Of a DNA stretch of 64,000 nt, positions 40,616 through 52,200 are shown one piece after another; positions within the stretch are counted from its first letter, which is position 1; each line of letters starts with the position of its first letter. The DNA comes from Octopus vulgaris (lineage: Eukaryota). The stretch lies in the NCBI GenBank assembly GCA_951406725.2, contig OX597819.1, positions 1,922,001 to 1,986,000 on the forward strand, given 5' to 3'. The notes under the pieces were generated by a model. It made no database searches. It worked only from the letters and a program-made list of their open reading frames with translations, and was not told the DNA's origin. The position numbers and the translations under genes were made by a program.

Positions 40616-40885
40616 CGGCCTTATTGCTACCATATCCAAGCACCAAGATGCCACCAGCTTCCTGTCCAACCACGCAGTCAAAGAAATTCTTCTTTCTAAT
40701 GTAACTGTTGCCGTAAAGGACCTGATATTCTTTGTCAATATTCTTTGAAAACACCACGTGGCCTGCCTTCACCAATAATAGCCTATCTTCCGGTAATCCT
40801 GCTGGATTTCCTGTATCTCTCCATTCGGCAATCAAACCCTGAAAGAGACGGCTCCTGTCAGGAGCCTACGAAACTTTAAATCTTG
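39180..40885 (+). mobile_element. Penelope-like element: 5'-inverted terminal segment (39180-39592), GIY-YIG C-terminus (39593-39740), CA-rich UTR and terminal repeat (40725-40885)
   Basis: YSPGDRNSQLCLHERQHIF..SINTKYELSYC*HQ..LL fits the PLE CxLCLxEK..LNxRxEL..CRH motif; arms are reverse complements; hammerhead-like motif in each arm. Confidence 0.8.
39358..39570 (-). mobile_element. SINE family 1, full length, with a 15-bp target-site duplication
   Basis: TSD ttgtgaaagaatatt (39343-39357) / ttgtcaaagaatatt (39571-39585). Confidence 0.92.
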
Positions 40886-40962
40886 TGCATGGACACACAC
40901 CCACTCATGCACAAACGCGTACACACATACAGCGTACATACATACGCGCCCGCGCACGCACA

Positions 40963-41130
40963 TCTCATATAAAATTCGTTCTGTCTGTCTATCTGTCTGT
41001 GTGTCTTCTCGGATCTCGGGCATCCTCCATCCGATTGCGCTCGGATTTGATATGTAGATACCGACGGTATCAGGGCGTGTATAATTCTTGAAAAAATTAG
41101 AAAAATCGATTCCAGGTTAGAATGCAATCG
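40963..41130 (+). mobile_element. Possible non-autonomous Helitron 5' part
   Basis: a|TC start, tataaaa, (ctgt)n tract and ccgattgcgctcgg hairpin, a layout typical of non-autonomous Helitrons. Confidence 0.4.
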
Positions 41131-41385
41131 ATAAAACCGTTTTTGTTCTGCTTTTCTTCCGTCAACCTGTACATAACTGCACCTTCCATTTTTTGTTGTT
41201 TTTGTACTGCTTAAAGGCCAAGCTTATTGTTTAAACCATGTTTGTGTTCTCCCAGTCAACAGGTTTATTATTACTGGTACGTTAAACGGTTGCATATTTG
41301 TGTGAATAAAATCGTTTTTCTTTGGAATGGAAAAAATGTCTATCTTTATTTCTTCTTTTGCTGGTGTCTCAAATTTAGGTTAAAT

Positions 41386-41446
41386 CAGTGTTTCTCAAAG
41401 AGGGAGGCCTATGGGGCGGTCAGACAAGTTGTTTTGAGAAAATTTG
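41386..41446. mobile_element. 61-bp hAT (Charlie-type) miniature element
   Basis: TIR cagtgtttctcaaa / tttgagaaaatttg; 8-bp flanks ggttaaat / gtttaaat with central TA. Confidence 0.55.
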
Positions 41447-41569
41447 GTTTAAATGTTTGACAACTCAGCACCGTCAATTGGACGGGGGGCGTTTTGCTCG
41501 TACACATATATAAATATATACGAGGTGCACCCATACAATTTCCATATATTAAATTCTAATATAAGGCAT

Positions 41570-41690
41570 CGGTCGGCCCGAAGCTATAGTAGAAGACATC
41601 GGCCCAAGGTGCTGCGCAGTGAGACTGAATAGGGAACCACGAGGTTGTAAAAGGAGCTTCTTCATTACACAGCCATTCCAGCACCTTAGA
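41570..41690 (-). mobile_element. SINE family 2, 5' part
   Basis: gctatagtagaagac...cccaaggtgc...gcagtgagactgaa matches the family 2 head. Confidence 0.75.
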
Positions 41691-42424
41691 ATCTTTTTTC
41701 GCATAAAGCATATTCGTGCATGAATAAATTAGTGGCTGTCGGTCAACAAGTTAGGTAGTTCACTTTGCAGAGGGAATTCTGTCAGGGAGGTAGATTAGAG
41801 ATCAACCATACCAGAGAAAAGGAGATGAGAATTAAAACAATGAGAATGAGGAAGGAACATGAGCTGTAGGAACAGAGCAAGATTGTAATAGATTACAATT
41901 AAAAATGGCATGGGAGCACATTGTTCTAAGAAAAGAGCTAGAACTTGCAGGATAATAAATGTAATATAAATAAAGCTGGTTGTCTGGGGACTTAGAGTAT
42001 GTATGGATACAGCCTGGTTAATGTATATCTACACTCACACAAATATATGCAAACATGAATATGTACATACGAATGTGTGTATGTATAAAAGTTTGTGTGT
42101 GTGTGTGTGTGTGTGTGTGACTATATGTGTATGGGTGTATAGGGACGGATTTAGAGAAGAGACTTTTGTGGTCATTAAAGAGAGATGTGGTTGAAAATTC
42201 ACCGAGATTTCAAGATAATTAATGTGATGAAGAAAAGATTGGTTGTCAGGGGACTGTAGTCCAAACATACACACTCGGGCACATTTATATATACGCACGC
42301 ACACATACGTAGTTATACATAAAAATAAAACAATCTTCACATGCGCACACACATTCAAAAACATATGTACGCACAAATAATATATTCTATATTCAGAAAA
42401 TAAACATGCATTAACTTACACATA

Positions 42425-42425
42425 C

Positions 42426-42493
<68 letters not shown>

Positions 42494-42879
42494 CATACAT
42501 ACATGTACATACATACATATACATACATACATGCATATATATATATATATATATGTTTATATGCATGTGTGTATGTCATTCTTTAGTTTATATCAAGATT
42601 TCTTGCGAATAGAGAAAAAAACCGGTTTCTATCCCAGATCCAGCCCTCACTCTAACATTGTAATCCAACCTTTATTTTATCGAAAATACAGAGTTCGAGA
42701 TGGTCTGTTACTTTCGCCCAGTCACTTGCTCCCATACTTACACCAAAGGGAATTTTGGCGATCTTTTAATCTATGGTCAAATTTGTATACAGTTTTTCTA
42801 GCATTGAGAATAATCTTAACTTCTTTGTCAATGCTGATTTTGTATGTATACATACATACATACATACACACACACGCAC

Positions 42880-42961
<82 letters not shown>

Positions 42962-42990
42962 ATATTTGTATGTATATATATGTTTGTATA

Positions 42991-43030
<40 letters not shown>
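42425..43030. repeat. (TA)n/(TACA)n arrays enclosing a ~270-bp insert (about 42580-42842) with a GAAACCGGTT motif, possibly a PLE end
   Basis: Visible arrays; minus-strand gatagaaaccggttt. Confidence 0.7.
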
Positions 43031-43034
<4 letters not shown>

Positions 43035-43146
43035 GAAACTGAGGAAAAGATATCCTTCAAAGGGGTGTGTTAAACGGAATTTCGTCTATCTTTAAACCAT
43101 GTCCCTGAAGTGACATATATATAAGGGGATTATTATTTTGTATATA

Positions 43147-44392
43147 TTGGGATGGCAAGTAAGCTCCCACCGTTTTTTAAGTTAAATTTTTTTAAAAGGT
43201 TTAATAAAAATAACAACTAATTAATCAATAATGTATTCACTCTTGTTGTCAACAACTTCTTCCCAATGTCCAACAAGATGTTCAATACGTTGTTGGTAAA
43301 AATCACCCGAATCCGACTCGAGATATTGATCCAACCAAGTTCTCAATTCTGCCTCAGTATTGAACGAAACTCCGCGCATAGCATTTGAACGAGGTCAGAA
43401 GAGGTGGAAATCCGTTGGTACCAATCAGGAGAGTACGGCGAGTATGGAAGTACTTGCCAGCCATGCGTTTGAATGGCTTCCTTGGTCATATTGGCGATAT
43501 GAGGGCGGGCGTTGTCGTGCAGCAGAAGAACTCCATGCTGCCGATTAGGTATTTTCTCTTGAATAGCCGTGTTGAGTCGTTCCATCTGTTGAACATAGAG
43601 TTCTACGTTGACCGTTTGGTTCCGTTCAAACAAATCGTAATGGATAATCCCTTCCTAGTCCACCATACGCACAACATCGTTTTACGCGGATGAAGATCTT
43701 GTTTCACGCGCGGTGTCGCTTGTTTACCGGGGCTAAGCCATTCCTTACGCTGCTTCATATTGATGTACAGGCACCATTTTCGTCGCTAGTAACGATTTGG
43801 CAAAGAAATCGTTGCTTGTGTCCATGAATTGAGCGGTGACAAGCACGCAAAGCAGCAGAGATTGTGGATCATTGATTTTTATTGTTGTCACATAAACCAT
43901 GCGGAACCCATGCTCCATACTTCTGAACCTTTTCCATCGAGTGAAGATGCTTCTCTATAGCTGTGTGGGAGTATTCCATTTTCACTGCCAGTTTCCTTGT
44001 CGTTTGACGAGAATTTTCATGCAAAAGTTGGTTTAATCGCTCTTCAGTGAATTCGACTCGACGGCCAGAACGAGGTGCGTCTTTGAGGTCAAAATGTCCC
44101 TTTTTGAACTTGGCATACCAATCACAAGCAGTTCTTTCAACTATAGCACCGTCTTCATAAACAACACAAATGTCGCGAGCAGCTTTTGCGGCCTTAGAAC
44201 CTTTATTAAAAGCGAAAAGAAGTAGGTGTCGAAAATGCTCGTTTTTTTAACTTGACATTCCATTTTAATGATCTGACAATAAACAAAAACTAATTAAACT
44301 TAACTAGAAAAAAAAGATTCAAAAGTGATTCAAAAATAGAATTCTCGAATTCCAAAATTTAAAAAGCAGCAGAAACTTGGTTGCCAACCCAA
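43147..44392 (-). mobile_element. Full-length (1246 bp) mariner transposon, mellifera-subfamily-like
   Basis: TA duplication at 43145-43146 and 44393-44394; TIRs ttgggatggcaagtaag / ttgggttggcaaccaag. Confidence 0.95.
43221..44263 (-). pseudogene. Mariner D,D34D-type transposase, frameshifted
   Basis: MECQVKKNEHFRHLLLFAF, PRSGR, WVPHGL, LLHDNARPH, YSPYSPD and terminal EYIID*. Confidence 0.92.
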
Positions 44393-44581
44393 TATATGAG
44401 AAACTGTATATAATTCGAAGCAAGTTGTTGGGCTTTTTATGTTTTTTTTAAATCATTGTTTGTTACATAATATTATGCTATATCATATTCATAGTATATC
44501 ATGTAATATTATAATATAAATAAATCATTGGATTGTCAATAGTATCTTTCTATTTAATTGATATATATATATATATATATA

Positions 44582-44765
44582 TCACCGTGATCACCGTGAC
44601 CGAGAAGGCTATCAGATGTTGCTGCACATCGATGGTCACAATGCGCTTTGCATTGTTTTAGCTTTCAAATGACGCCACCCCGCTGGCTAAACGAGCAGGC
44701 CGACAGAAGAAAGAGTTAGAGAAAGTTGTGGCGAAAGAGTACAGCAGGGATCGCCACCACCCTTG
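44582..44765 (-). mobile_element. Probable retroposon 3' end abutting (TA)n
   Basis: GC-rich block ending in a short tandem (atcaccgtg)2 at the TA array; family not assignable. Confidence 0.45.
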
Positions 44766-45175
44766 AAGAGTAGCCTGCGGTATACACCTCGCTTGGATAT
44801 TTACCACTTCTGACGTTCCGTTTATTATGAAACGTACGTAGCCCGAATTTTATCTACTCCATTCTTTATATATATGAGGATGCAAAATAGCGCCTACGAT
44901 TGCTAGAAATGAAAAGCAAAATTTAACTCAAACAACCAATCAAAATCACTAACCTCATGAAATATTTGGGATTGCGAGCAGCAAGCTACAACATCTTTCT
45001 TTGCCGAGATACACTCGCAGAATTTCGTAGGTTGATAAAACTCTATCACGTGATTTCGAAATTTATCAATTTTACCATTTCGGTTTTAATTTGCTTTAGC
45101 CACCTATATTATAAAGTATTTAAAATATTAATATATTATTATCATATCCTATTGTATATATATATATATATATAG

Positions 45176-45390
45176 TTAATCCAAAGATGAAAATACAAAG
45201 AGAAAACACAACAACGCGAGGACGTGGAACAAGTATAGTGTTATTGGACGCTCAGGAAAGGAAAGAAAGAAGGAGGGTTTAACGTTTCGAGTTGAGCTCT
45301 TCGTCTGAAACATAGGAAAAGGAAAGATCCAAGGAAGGGAGGCTGGAGGAAAAAAATTGCCAACGGTACACACGCGGTCACATTTTGAAT
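45176..45390 (-). mobile_element. PLE-like terminal fragment inserted in (TA)n
   Basis: (TA)n on both sides; contains a minimal hammerhead motif. Confidence 0.65.
45277..45311 (-). ncRNA. Minimal type I hammerhead ribozyme-like motif, one core mismatch
   Basis: Minus strand gttt-CAGACGA-a-gag-ctcaa-ctc-GAAACGTTA-aac: stem I gttt/aaac, stem II gag/ctc and palindromic AACGTT stem III. Confidence 0.6.
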
Positions 45391-45412
45391 GTATATATAT
45401 ATATATATATTA

Positions 45413-45443
<31 letters not shown>

Positions 45444-45503
45444 TATATAGATAGATAGATACGCACTTACTTACATACATACATACATACATACATATAT
45501 ACA

Positions 45504-45537
<34 letters not shown>

Positions 45538-46754
45538 GAGATATAGATATAGATATATACACACACACACATATATTTATATGCTCCGATGGCCTCTGTT
45601 ATTTTATTTTATTTAATATATCGTATTCATTTGTTTCAAGTTATAAGTATATGCAACATTCTGCTGTATACTCAAGACTATTCCAATATTTACTGTAACT
45701 CACACTAAATAATTTTCTTCCGCCAGGACCAGTTATTGATTGAATGCGGAAAATCTGTCTAAAGTGTATTCTGATGAGTTTCGGATCATTATAGACGATT
45801 GAAACTGAGTGAACGAATTATATTACACTGCACCATTATGCCTGCCCCGACCCACTCAACTGAAGAGAATCGTTTATTCCTTGCTGTGCTTAATTAAAGT
45901 TATGTCATGCAAGAGATGTGAAATATCGGTATGTTAACGACTGTAAGATTAATGATAAAAGGAGCTACATGGAACAATGGTAAAATCTTTTAATTAATAT
46001 ATCTTTATTCCTGAATGGAAAGTTTGAAAATGTATTGTATAAAGTTTATAAGTTAATGAATATTTCACAACATAAATTATTTTGTAGAGATTAAGCATAT
46101 ATGTGATTCAACTAAAATTATTCATTTCTTGCAGATAATTGAGTATAAGTCAAAACTTAGAAATACACTCTGTTTCATGGAAAGATTTTTGTCATAGTAA
46201 ACAAAAAGCTGAGAAAATATTATCTAAAGAGTATATTGGGAAAAATAAATGTTGTTTTCGAACAGTTCACATCCCTTAGATGTCTGAAAATCAATAACTT
46301 GCATAAAGTAAAAAGAAAAACATCTAATTTAAAGTACTTAAATGTATTCTATTATCTTCTTTATTTCAAGATAAGTGACAATAAACGACAACCGAATCAA
46401 TAATTATTATGCTATTTATTGGGCGTATCAAAGCGGTATAAATCGTCTAACTGCTTTCTATATATCACTGTAAATTTTTCAATCGTTATAACAGAGAGCA
46501 TCTACTGGCTATGGAAAATGTCAGATTGTTTATAGCTATTTGAAAATACTTTATATTGGAAGTAATAGAAGGATGAGTGGAACTGGTGGGCTTCGTATGA
46601 AGTATGGAGTTTTAAATTTGACATTTTGCGATAATGGTTCGGAGAGGAAAGTAAGTCCAATCAGGTAAAAATGGTTCGAGCGATGAGGTGAATGATCAAC
46701 ATATTTCATTATAATCATTTCTACTACAAGCATAAGACTTGTAATTTTATGAGG

Positions 46755-46930
46755 AGGACGCTGGTCGATTACATCGATCCCAGTGCACAATTGGCATTTA
46801 TTTTATCGACTATGATAGGATGAAAGACAAAGTCGACCTCAGCAGAATTTTAGACCAAACTGTGAAGCCGAAATAAATGCCGCCAAGCATTTAGTCCGGC
46901 GCGGTAACGATTGTGTCAGATCGCCTCTTT
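46755..46930 (-). mobile_element. SINE family 1, diverged
   Basis: gtcgattacatcga...ggatgaaagacaaagtcgacctc core. Confidence 0.85.
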
Positions 46931-48125
46931 ATATGCCATCGTAATAGCAGTTCTTTATTCTTTTTATATTAATATATTTCCCTATTAGCCTTGATTCAGT
47001 AGATCTTTGGTCATAAAAATCTATTTGCAATTATCCCGTCTTTCAGATAAAGGGTTCAATGTGTTCTTTCTTACTTCAATACAGTGAGGGTTAAATTAAG
47101 ACAGATTTGGTTGCTATTTTTAGCATGTCAAGAAACTGCGTCGATACTATAACGTGATAACAGTTAAGGATGATCAAATAACTTGTAATAAATATAATGT
47201 GAGTATATAATGCAGCAGCACAAGGTTATATTAGTATGAACATATTTTGTAACTACTACTGTGCTTAGAATTTCTTGATTAGTATTTTTTGGTTACTAAT
47301 TGTTCTTTTAACGCAGTTTTGTTAAATCTTAGAATATAAATATTGCTGTTGAAGACACTGAAGATATTATCTCTTCTATAATGAATGGAATTCATGAAGC
47401 TGTCATTTGTTAAATAGTAAATAGTAGAATAAGAAGCAGAACTGAAAACTATATGAGTATGTGATACACATGTCACAAATCTTTGAATGAAACCGTGGTT
47501 GATAATTCATTGTATTGAGAGATAGTCTCAAGTTTTTGGAATGGCTCTGAACGTAATCCATAACACATTCTCACAAAGACATTGAATATAATTGCTCGAT
47601 AGTCTTTTGTGTTATAAAAATAGTTTGTTTCTACCATGACTTCTATTGCATAGCTTATTCATCACAAGATTTCACAATTTCTGAATATTTAAATAGCAAT
47701 ATATATGAAGGTGTCAGTATGAAATGAAAGAAAACTTGTGGAGAAAAACATGATGAAATTCCTCGCAATGACTTTATTTACTATTTCTATTGTTGTCATA
47801 TATTCGTTGTATTTGCTTACAAATGTATTTCATAACATTATTCTCAGAGTGTCAAATATTGTACTACGCATCTCATCAATTTTATAGTCAAAATTTGATA
47901 ATACGCATAGAATAAGCCTATTACACGCTATTTTATTTTGTCTGTATCTGGTACACATCTTTAATCGATATGGTACCCACTCTTATTGGATATATTTTGT
48001 ATTCTGTGACATAGTGCATTGTTCTTCTCTAATATAGATGCCATCATATCTGAAGTAATTTTCTAGCAAGTGTCTTTCATGTTTTTCTATAATAGTATGC
48101 TAACAATATACAAAGCACTCTAAAA

Positions 48126-48900
48126 ACTAGCAATTCGACCGCTGTGTTATTGCAACGGGTCATGGTTTATGCTTACTCGTAAAAACTGAAAATCAGCAAG
48201 AATAATGGCAATGAAAATTGCCTCAGAAATAATAATAGTTATATTAATGATATTTTACAAAGAACTATAATTAAATCCAGTGAGATATACCAACAGCGCA
48301 TCGTTTACTAGCTCTTCTTTGTTCTCCAGAAGAGAAACCATCCATGAAAATGATTTAGCTGTTACATATAATGCATTCATAAATTTTCCGAACTAAATTT
48401 TCGTTATTCCTATAAAGAACATGGCAAGTCATTTGTATTGATTGCATCTCTGAAGTATTTGCCATCATATCTCCGTCGTTTGGTTCGCTCATAAATCAGC
48501 ATGACATCAACTTTATTTTCATCTTCAAATTGATGCATCATTTTCTAAATCAGTCACGCAAGGTCACCATGATTAGATCAAGAGTGAGCTTTAAATGCTG
48601 CCGGCGTTGGAAACAGGGTTTTATTTTATGCATAGCTTACAAATAGCATTTAGATGCACTGTAGTCAGAGACAAGATCCAATCAAATTTACCAGACACAT
48701 TACTGATCATTGAGTAGTTATCTATTCACACTTGAAATTTAATTTTGGTCCATAAATTCTTTCGTCGGTCTACTAAGCTGAAAGCCTTCTTCGCCCATTC
48801 TATGATAATCGTTGGAAATATCAGTGACGGAAATTAACAATAAAATCGTGATATTATCTCTGTGCTGATTACATCTTGATTTCAACTCGAATCAAATATC
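48126..48900 (-). mobile_element. Possible Helitron 3' end with a decayed PIF1 helicase remnant
   Basis: Minus strand hairpin followed by CTAG|T at about 48126-48161; weak IFP..EW..A and HLKLTLDLIMVTLRD similarity to PIF1 motifs. Confidence 0.35.
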
Positions 48901-50211
48901 GGATTTTCTCTTTTAACGAAATTAGTGTGAAGGAACAAACATACTGATGTAAACGAAAAGTCGAAACAGGCAATTAATTTTATTTGTAGTATAAGAAAGA
49001 GGGAATTAAATGAAATTACTAAAGGAAAAGTGAGTGTATGGATAAACGATAGCAGACATAAACAAAGCGAGTTTATGTTGTTGAAAATAATGATGTGCCA
49101 CTCGGACAGGGCCTCGGTATGTAACTGGTACTTATTTTATTGTTATTCCTTTAAATCAGTACAAGATAGATCTTAACTTAGAACGTAAAGAAATACCACG
49201 GCATACTGGATATGGCTCTACTGTTTATGCTACTCGCTCTCTTTATTATTGAAGATAAAATAGGAAAGATGAGAAAATCGTAAAAGATGTTTCTAATAAA
49301 AACATTGAAGTCTACGAAGAAATATGAAGAAAGATATCCAATTCATATAATAGCAAAATTGAGAAATTATGTAAACTGAGTTCATATGCAAGTTGTCTAA
49401 TAAAATTATCCCGTACTTTTTTTCCATTCTTTCCTCCTACTCACGAATGTTTTGCCATTAAATAAAATTGAACAATTTTAAACTGGTTGAAATAAATAGG
49501 GGTTAAGTGCTCTTATTTACGTTATTCACCAGAAAGCACATTTAAAATTTTGAAATTCTCCAAAATACTTCATAATGTATTTATACATGAACAATGTACA
49601 CGGTGAAAGTTTCATAACTCACAATACAATTGTAAACAATTATAAAACATCCATGGTTATATAGTAATTTTTTGGCAAAACAGTTTGAGAAATAGCATTC
49701 CGCACCGAATGATACGATCACAGTCGTGCAAAATAAGAAACCATGTGAACTTTACTTTACATTCAATTTACTGTTTGAGTAACAATGTCCCGAAAATTAC
49801 GCATTTTCACCAATTATTTCATACAATACCGATAACAAACTACTGACTCCTTGATCATGTGAATTGCAGCATTTAAATTATAATATTCCAGTCTATTAAT
49901 TCTTTCCTTAGAGTATATATCTAAAGTATTTATATGCACACTATATTCCGGTCATTTTCATCTCCGATCATCGTCAACTGACTAATTCGTTGATATGCAG
50001 ATAATCCAAGATCGATACGAACAGGATAATCTTTACTTTAAAACTAAATGTAGAAAGGTTTGTATTCAAAAGACCGCATCCAATATCCAAGAATAAGACA
50101 CATAATGACAATATAGTACACAAATAAGTTGGCATAGAAAACTTGCATATGTTAGATAAGTTATTCAGAGAAATACATTTTCTATGTCAACCAGTGTACA
50201 ATACTTTACAC

Positions 50212-50570
50212 CGGCTGTGTGGTAAGAAACTTACTTTCCAACCACTTGGTTCTGGGTTCAGTCCCACTGCATGGCACCTTGGACAAATGTCTTCCACTAT
50301 AGCCTCGGGTGAGAGGATTTGGTAGACGAAAACTGAAAGAAGCCCGTCGTATATGTGTGCGTGTACGCGCACACGCGCGTGTTTCTGTTTGCTCCCCTAT
50401 GACCTTTTAACAACCGGTGTTGGGTATTTGGGTCCCCCGTAATCTACCTAGGCTTTAAAAATAAGTCCTGGGGTCGTTATGTTCTGCTAAAACCCCTTTA
50501 AAACTGTGCTCCAGGACGGCCGCAGTCAAGTGACTAAAACAAGTAAAAGAATAAAAGACTAAAAGAATAC
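50212..50570 (+). mobile_element. SINE family 2
   Basis: ggctgtgtggtaag, gggttcagtccc, gtagacgaaaactgaaagaagcccgtcg and AAAAGA tail. Confidence 0.88.
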
Positions 50571-51996
50571 TGTCATCATTAAGTTGGTACATACTGTAGT
50601 AAAGCTAATGCTTTTGTGATGAAGACTAATAAAACCCAAATCATGTTTGGACTTGTCTCCAGTGTTTTCTAGAATTATAAAAATAATATTAATTATTGAC
50701 TAAAAATTTGTTTCCATTATCGTATAATTAGTTGTAATTGAATTTTTAATGATCACTGCATTAAATATGTTAATATTAATTTAATCTATATTTCAGTAAG
50801 GGACATGTTGCTCTGTTCGTCCCTCCGTCCGTCCACCCATCCGTCACATGGAACACGCTTTTCTCAGATGAAGATGCTTTCAAGTAATTTATTTGAAGAA
50901 ATGAAATTTAAAAAAGCTAGTGAATTTATTCCAGGAAAAAATATCTCATAATTCTTTTTGGAATTGAATCTCGGAGTACATATAAGGTTATAAATACTAG
51001 CATGTAAATATTAGGTTGAAAACCCCATTTGGGTAGAAAAGCTATCAAAAGATCAAGTTTTTTTATTTTGCCGTTTCCTCCGCGATGCCACTTGGATACG
51101 TCAATTGATTATGGATTTACCAACAGTACTCGTTAGTAGTAATGTTGTTACGTTCTGTGTGAAATAGATGAATATAACGTCTGATATTATTTTACTACCT
51201 TTCGGATGTTTCTTTTTCTTGTTATTTTATAACTTATGTAACTTTCAAATTGTTCGTCCTCTAAATGTGAGTAATTCGTTGCTAGTTGACTTGTGTCAAC
51301 TGCTGTTCCACTGTTTATAACCGTTGATAAAATATTTACACTTGGTCGGTCAGTATACCGATTTCATTTGTGATTATTATTCATTGCAATAGCAAATTAT
51401 AACTGCACTACTTAATAGTAAATATAGAGACCAAGCAATCGTTACCAGTAATAAAGATTAATCGGTACTGTTGTCCTCTTTTTACTGGCTGACATATTAA
51501 TGATATCTTTCAATTCCCGATATCTATTTGAGTTACACGATTTTTACAGAATTATTTGTGTTCTTTGTCCAGTCGGAGAGTGTGCTGATGAAACGTTGAG
51601 TAAATATAAAAGATTTCTAGCATTATTATTCATGATTACTGAAGAATTTTCCAATTTAGAAACATATATATATACAAGAAACAAACATAGAAGATTATCA
51701 AAACCTAGGGTAATAACATTTGGCATAAAACATAGCCAGTAAGGTTTAGCAATATGCATATTATACAAAATCCTCACACAGAATGCGCCAAACTTTTAAA
51801 ACTGACTATAGTTTATTGATGGTGTCATCTTTCAGTCCTTATCAACGTGATAAGTGATAACATTTGGGAAGGAATAATTACGATACTTTTCGTTTAGACA
51901 AAATCCAATCATTCGAAGATAGCATTACAATGGTTTTCTGCTAGTTGTTACAAATTCTGTCCCATTTTATTGTTATTATTTAGATTATAAGTATGG

Positions 51997-52200
51997 GTTT
52001 CAAATTTTGGCACAAGACCAGCAATTTCGGGGAGGAGTAAGTCGGTTATATCAACCCTGGTGCTTAACTGATACTTATTTTATTGGATGAAAATTGCAAA
52101 GTTAGCCCCGGTAGCGTCTGAACCCAAAGCGTAAAGGCAGACGAATTGCCGCTAATCATTTTGCTCTGCGCGCTAACAATTCTGCCAGGTTAGGGCCTTA
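51997..52200 (-). mobile_element. SINE family 1, diverged full length
   Basis: Tail ggtttcaaattttggcacaag and head tctgccag on the minus strand. Confidence 0.82.

Noticed and set aside
43032-44406. 10-bp direct repeat tgagaaactg around the mariner
   Set aside because: The left copy is over 100 bp from the TIR, and mariner duplicates only TA; probably chance.
45765-45830. CTGATGA...GAAAC hammerhead
   Set aside because: GAAAC is consumed in the putative stem II, and no stem I/III closure is evident.
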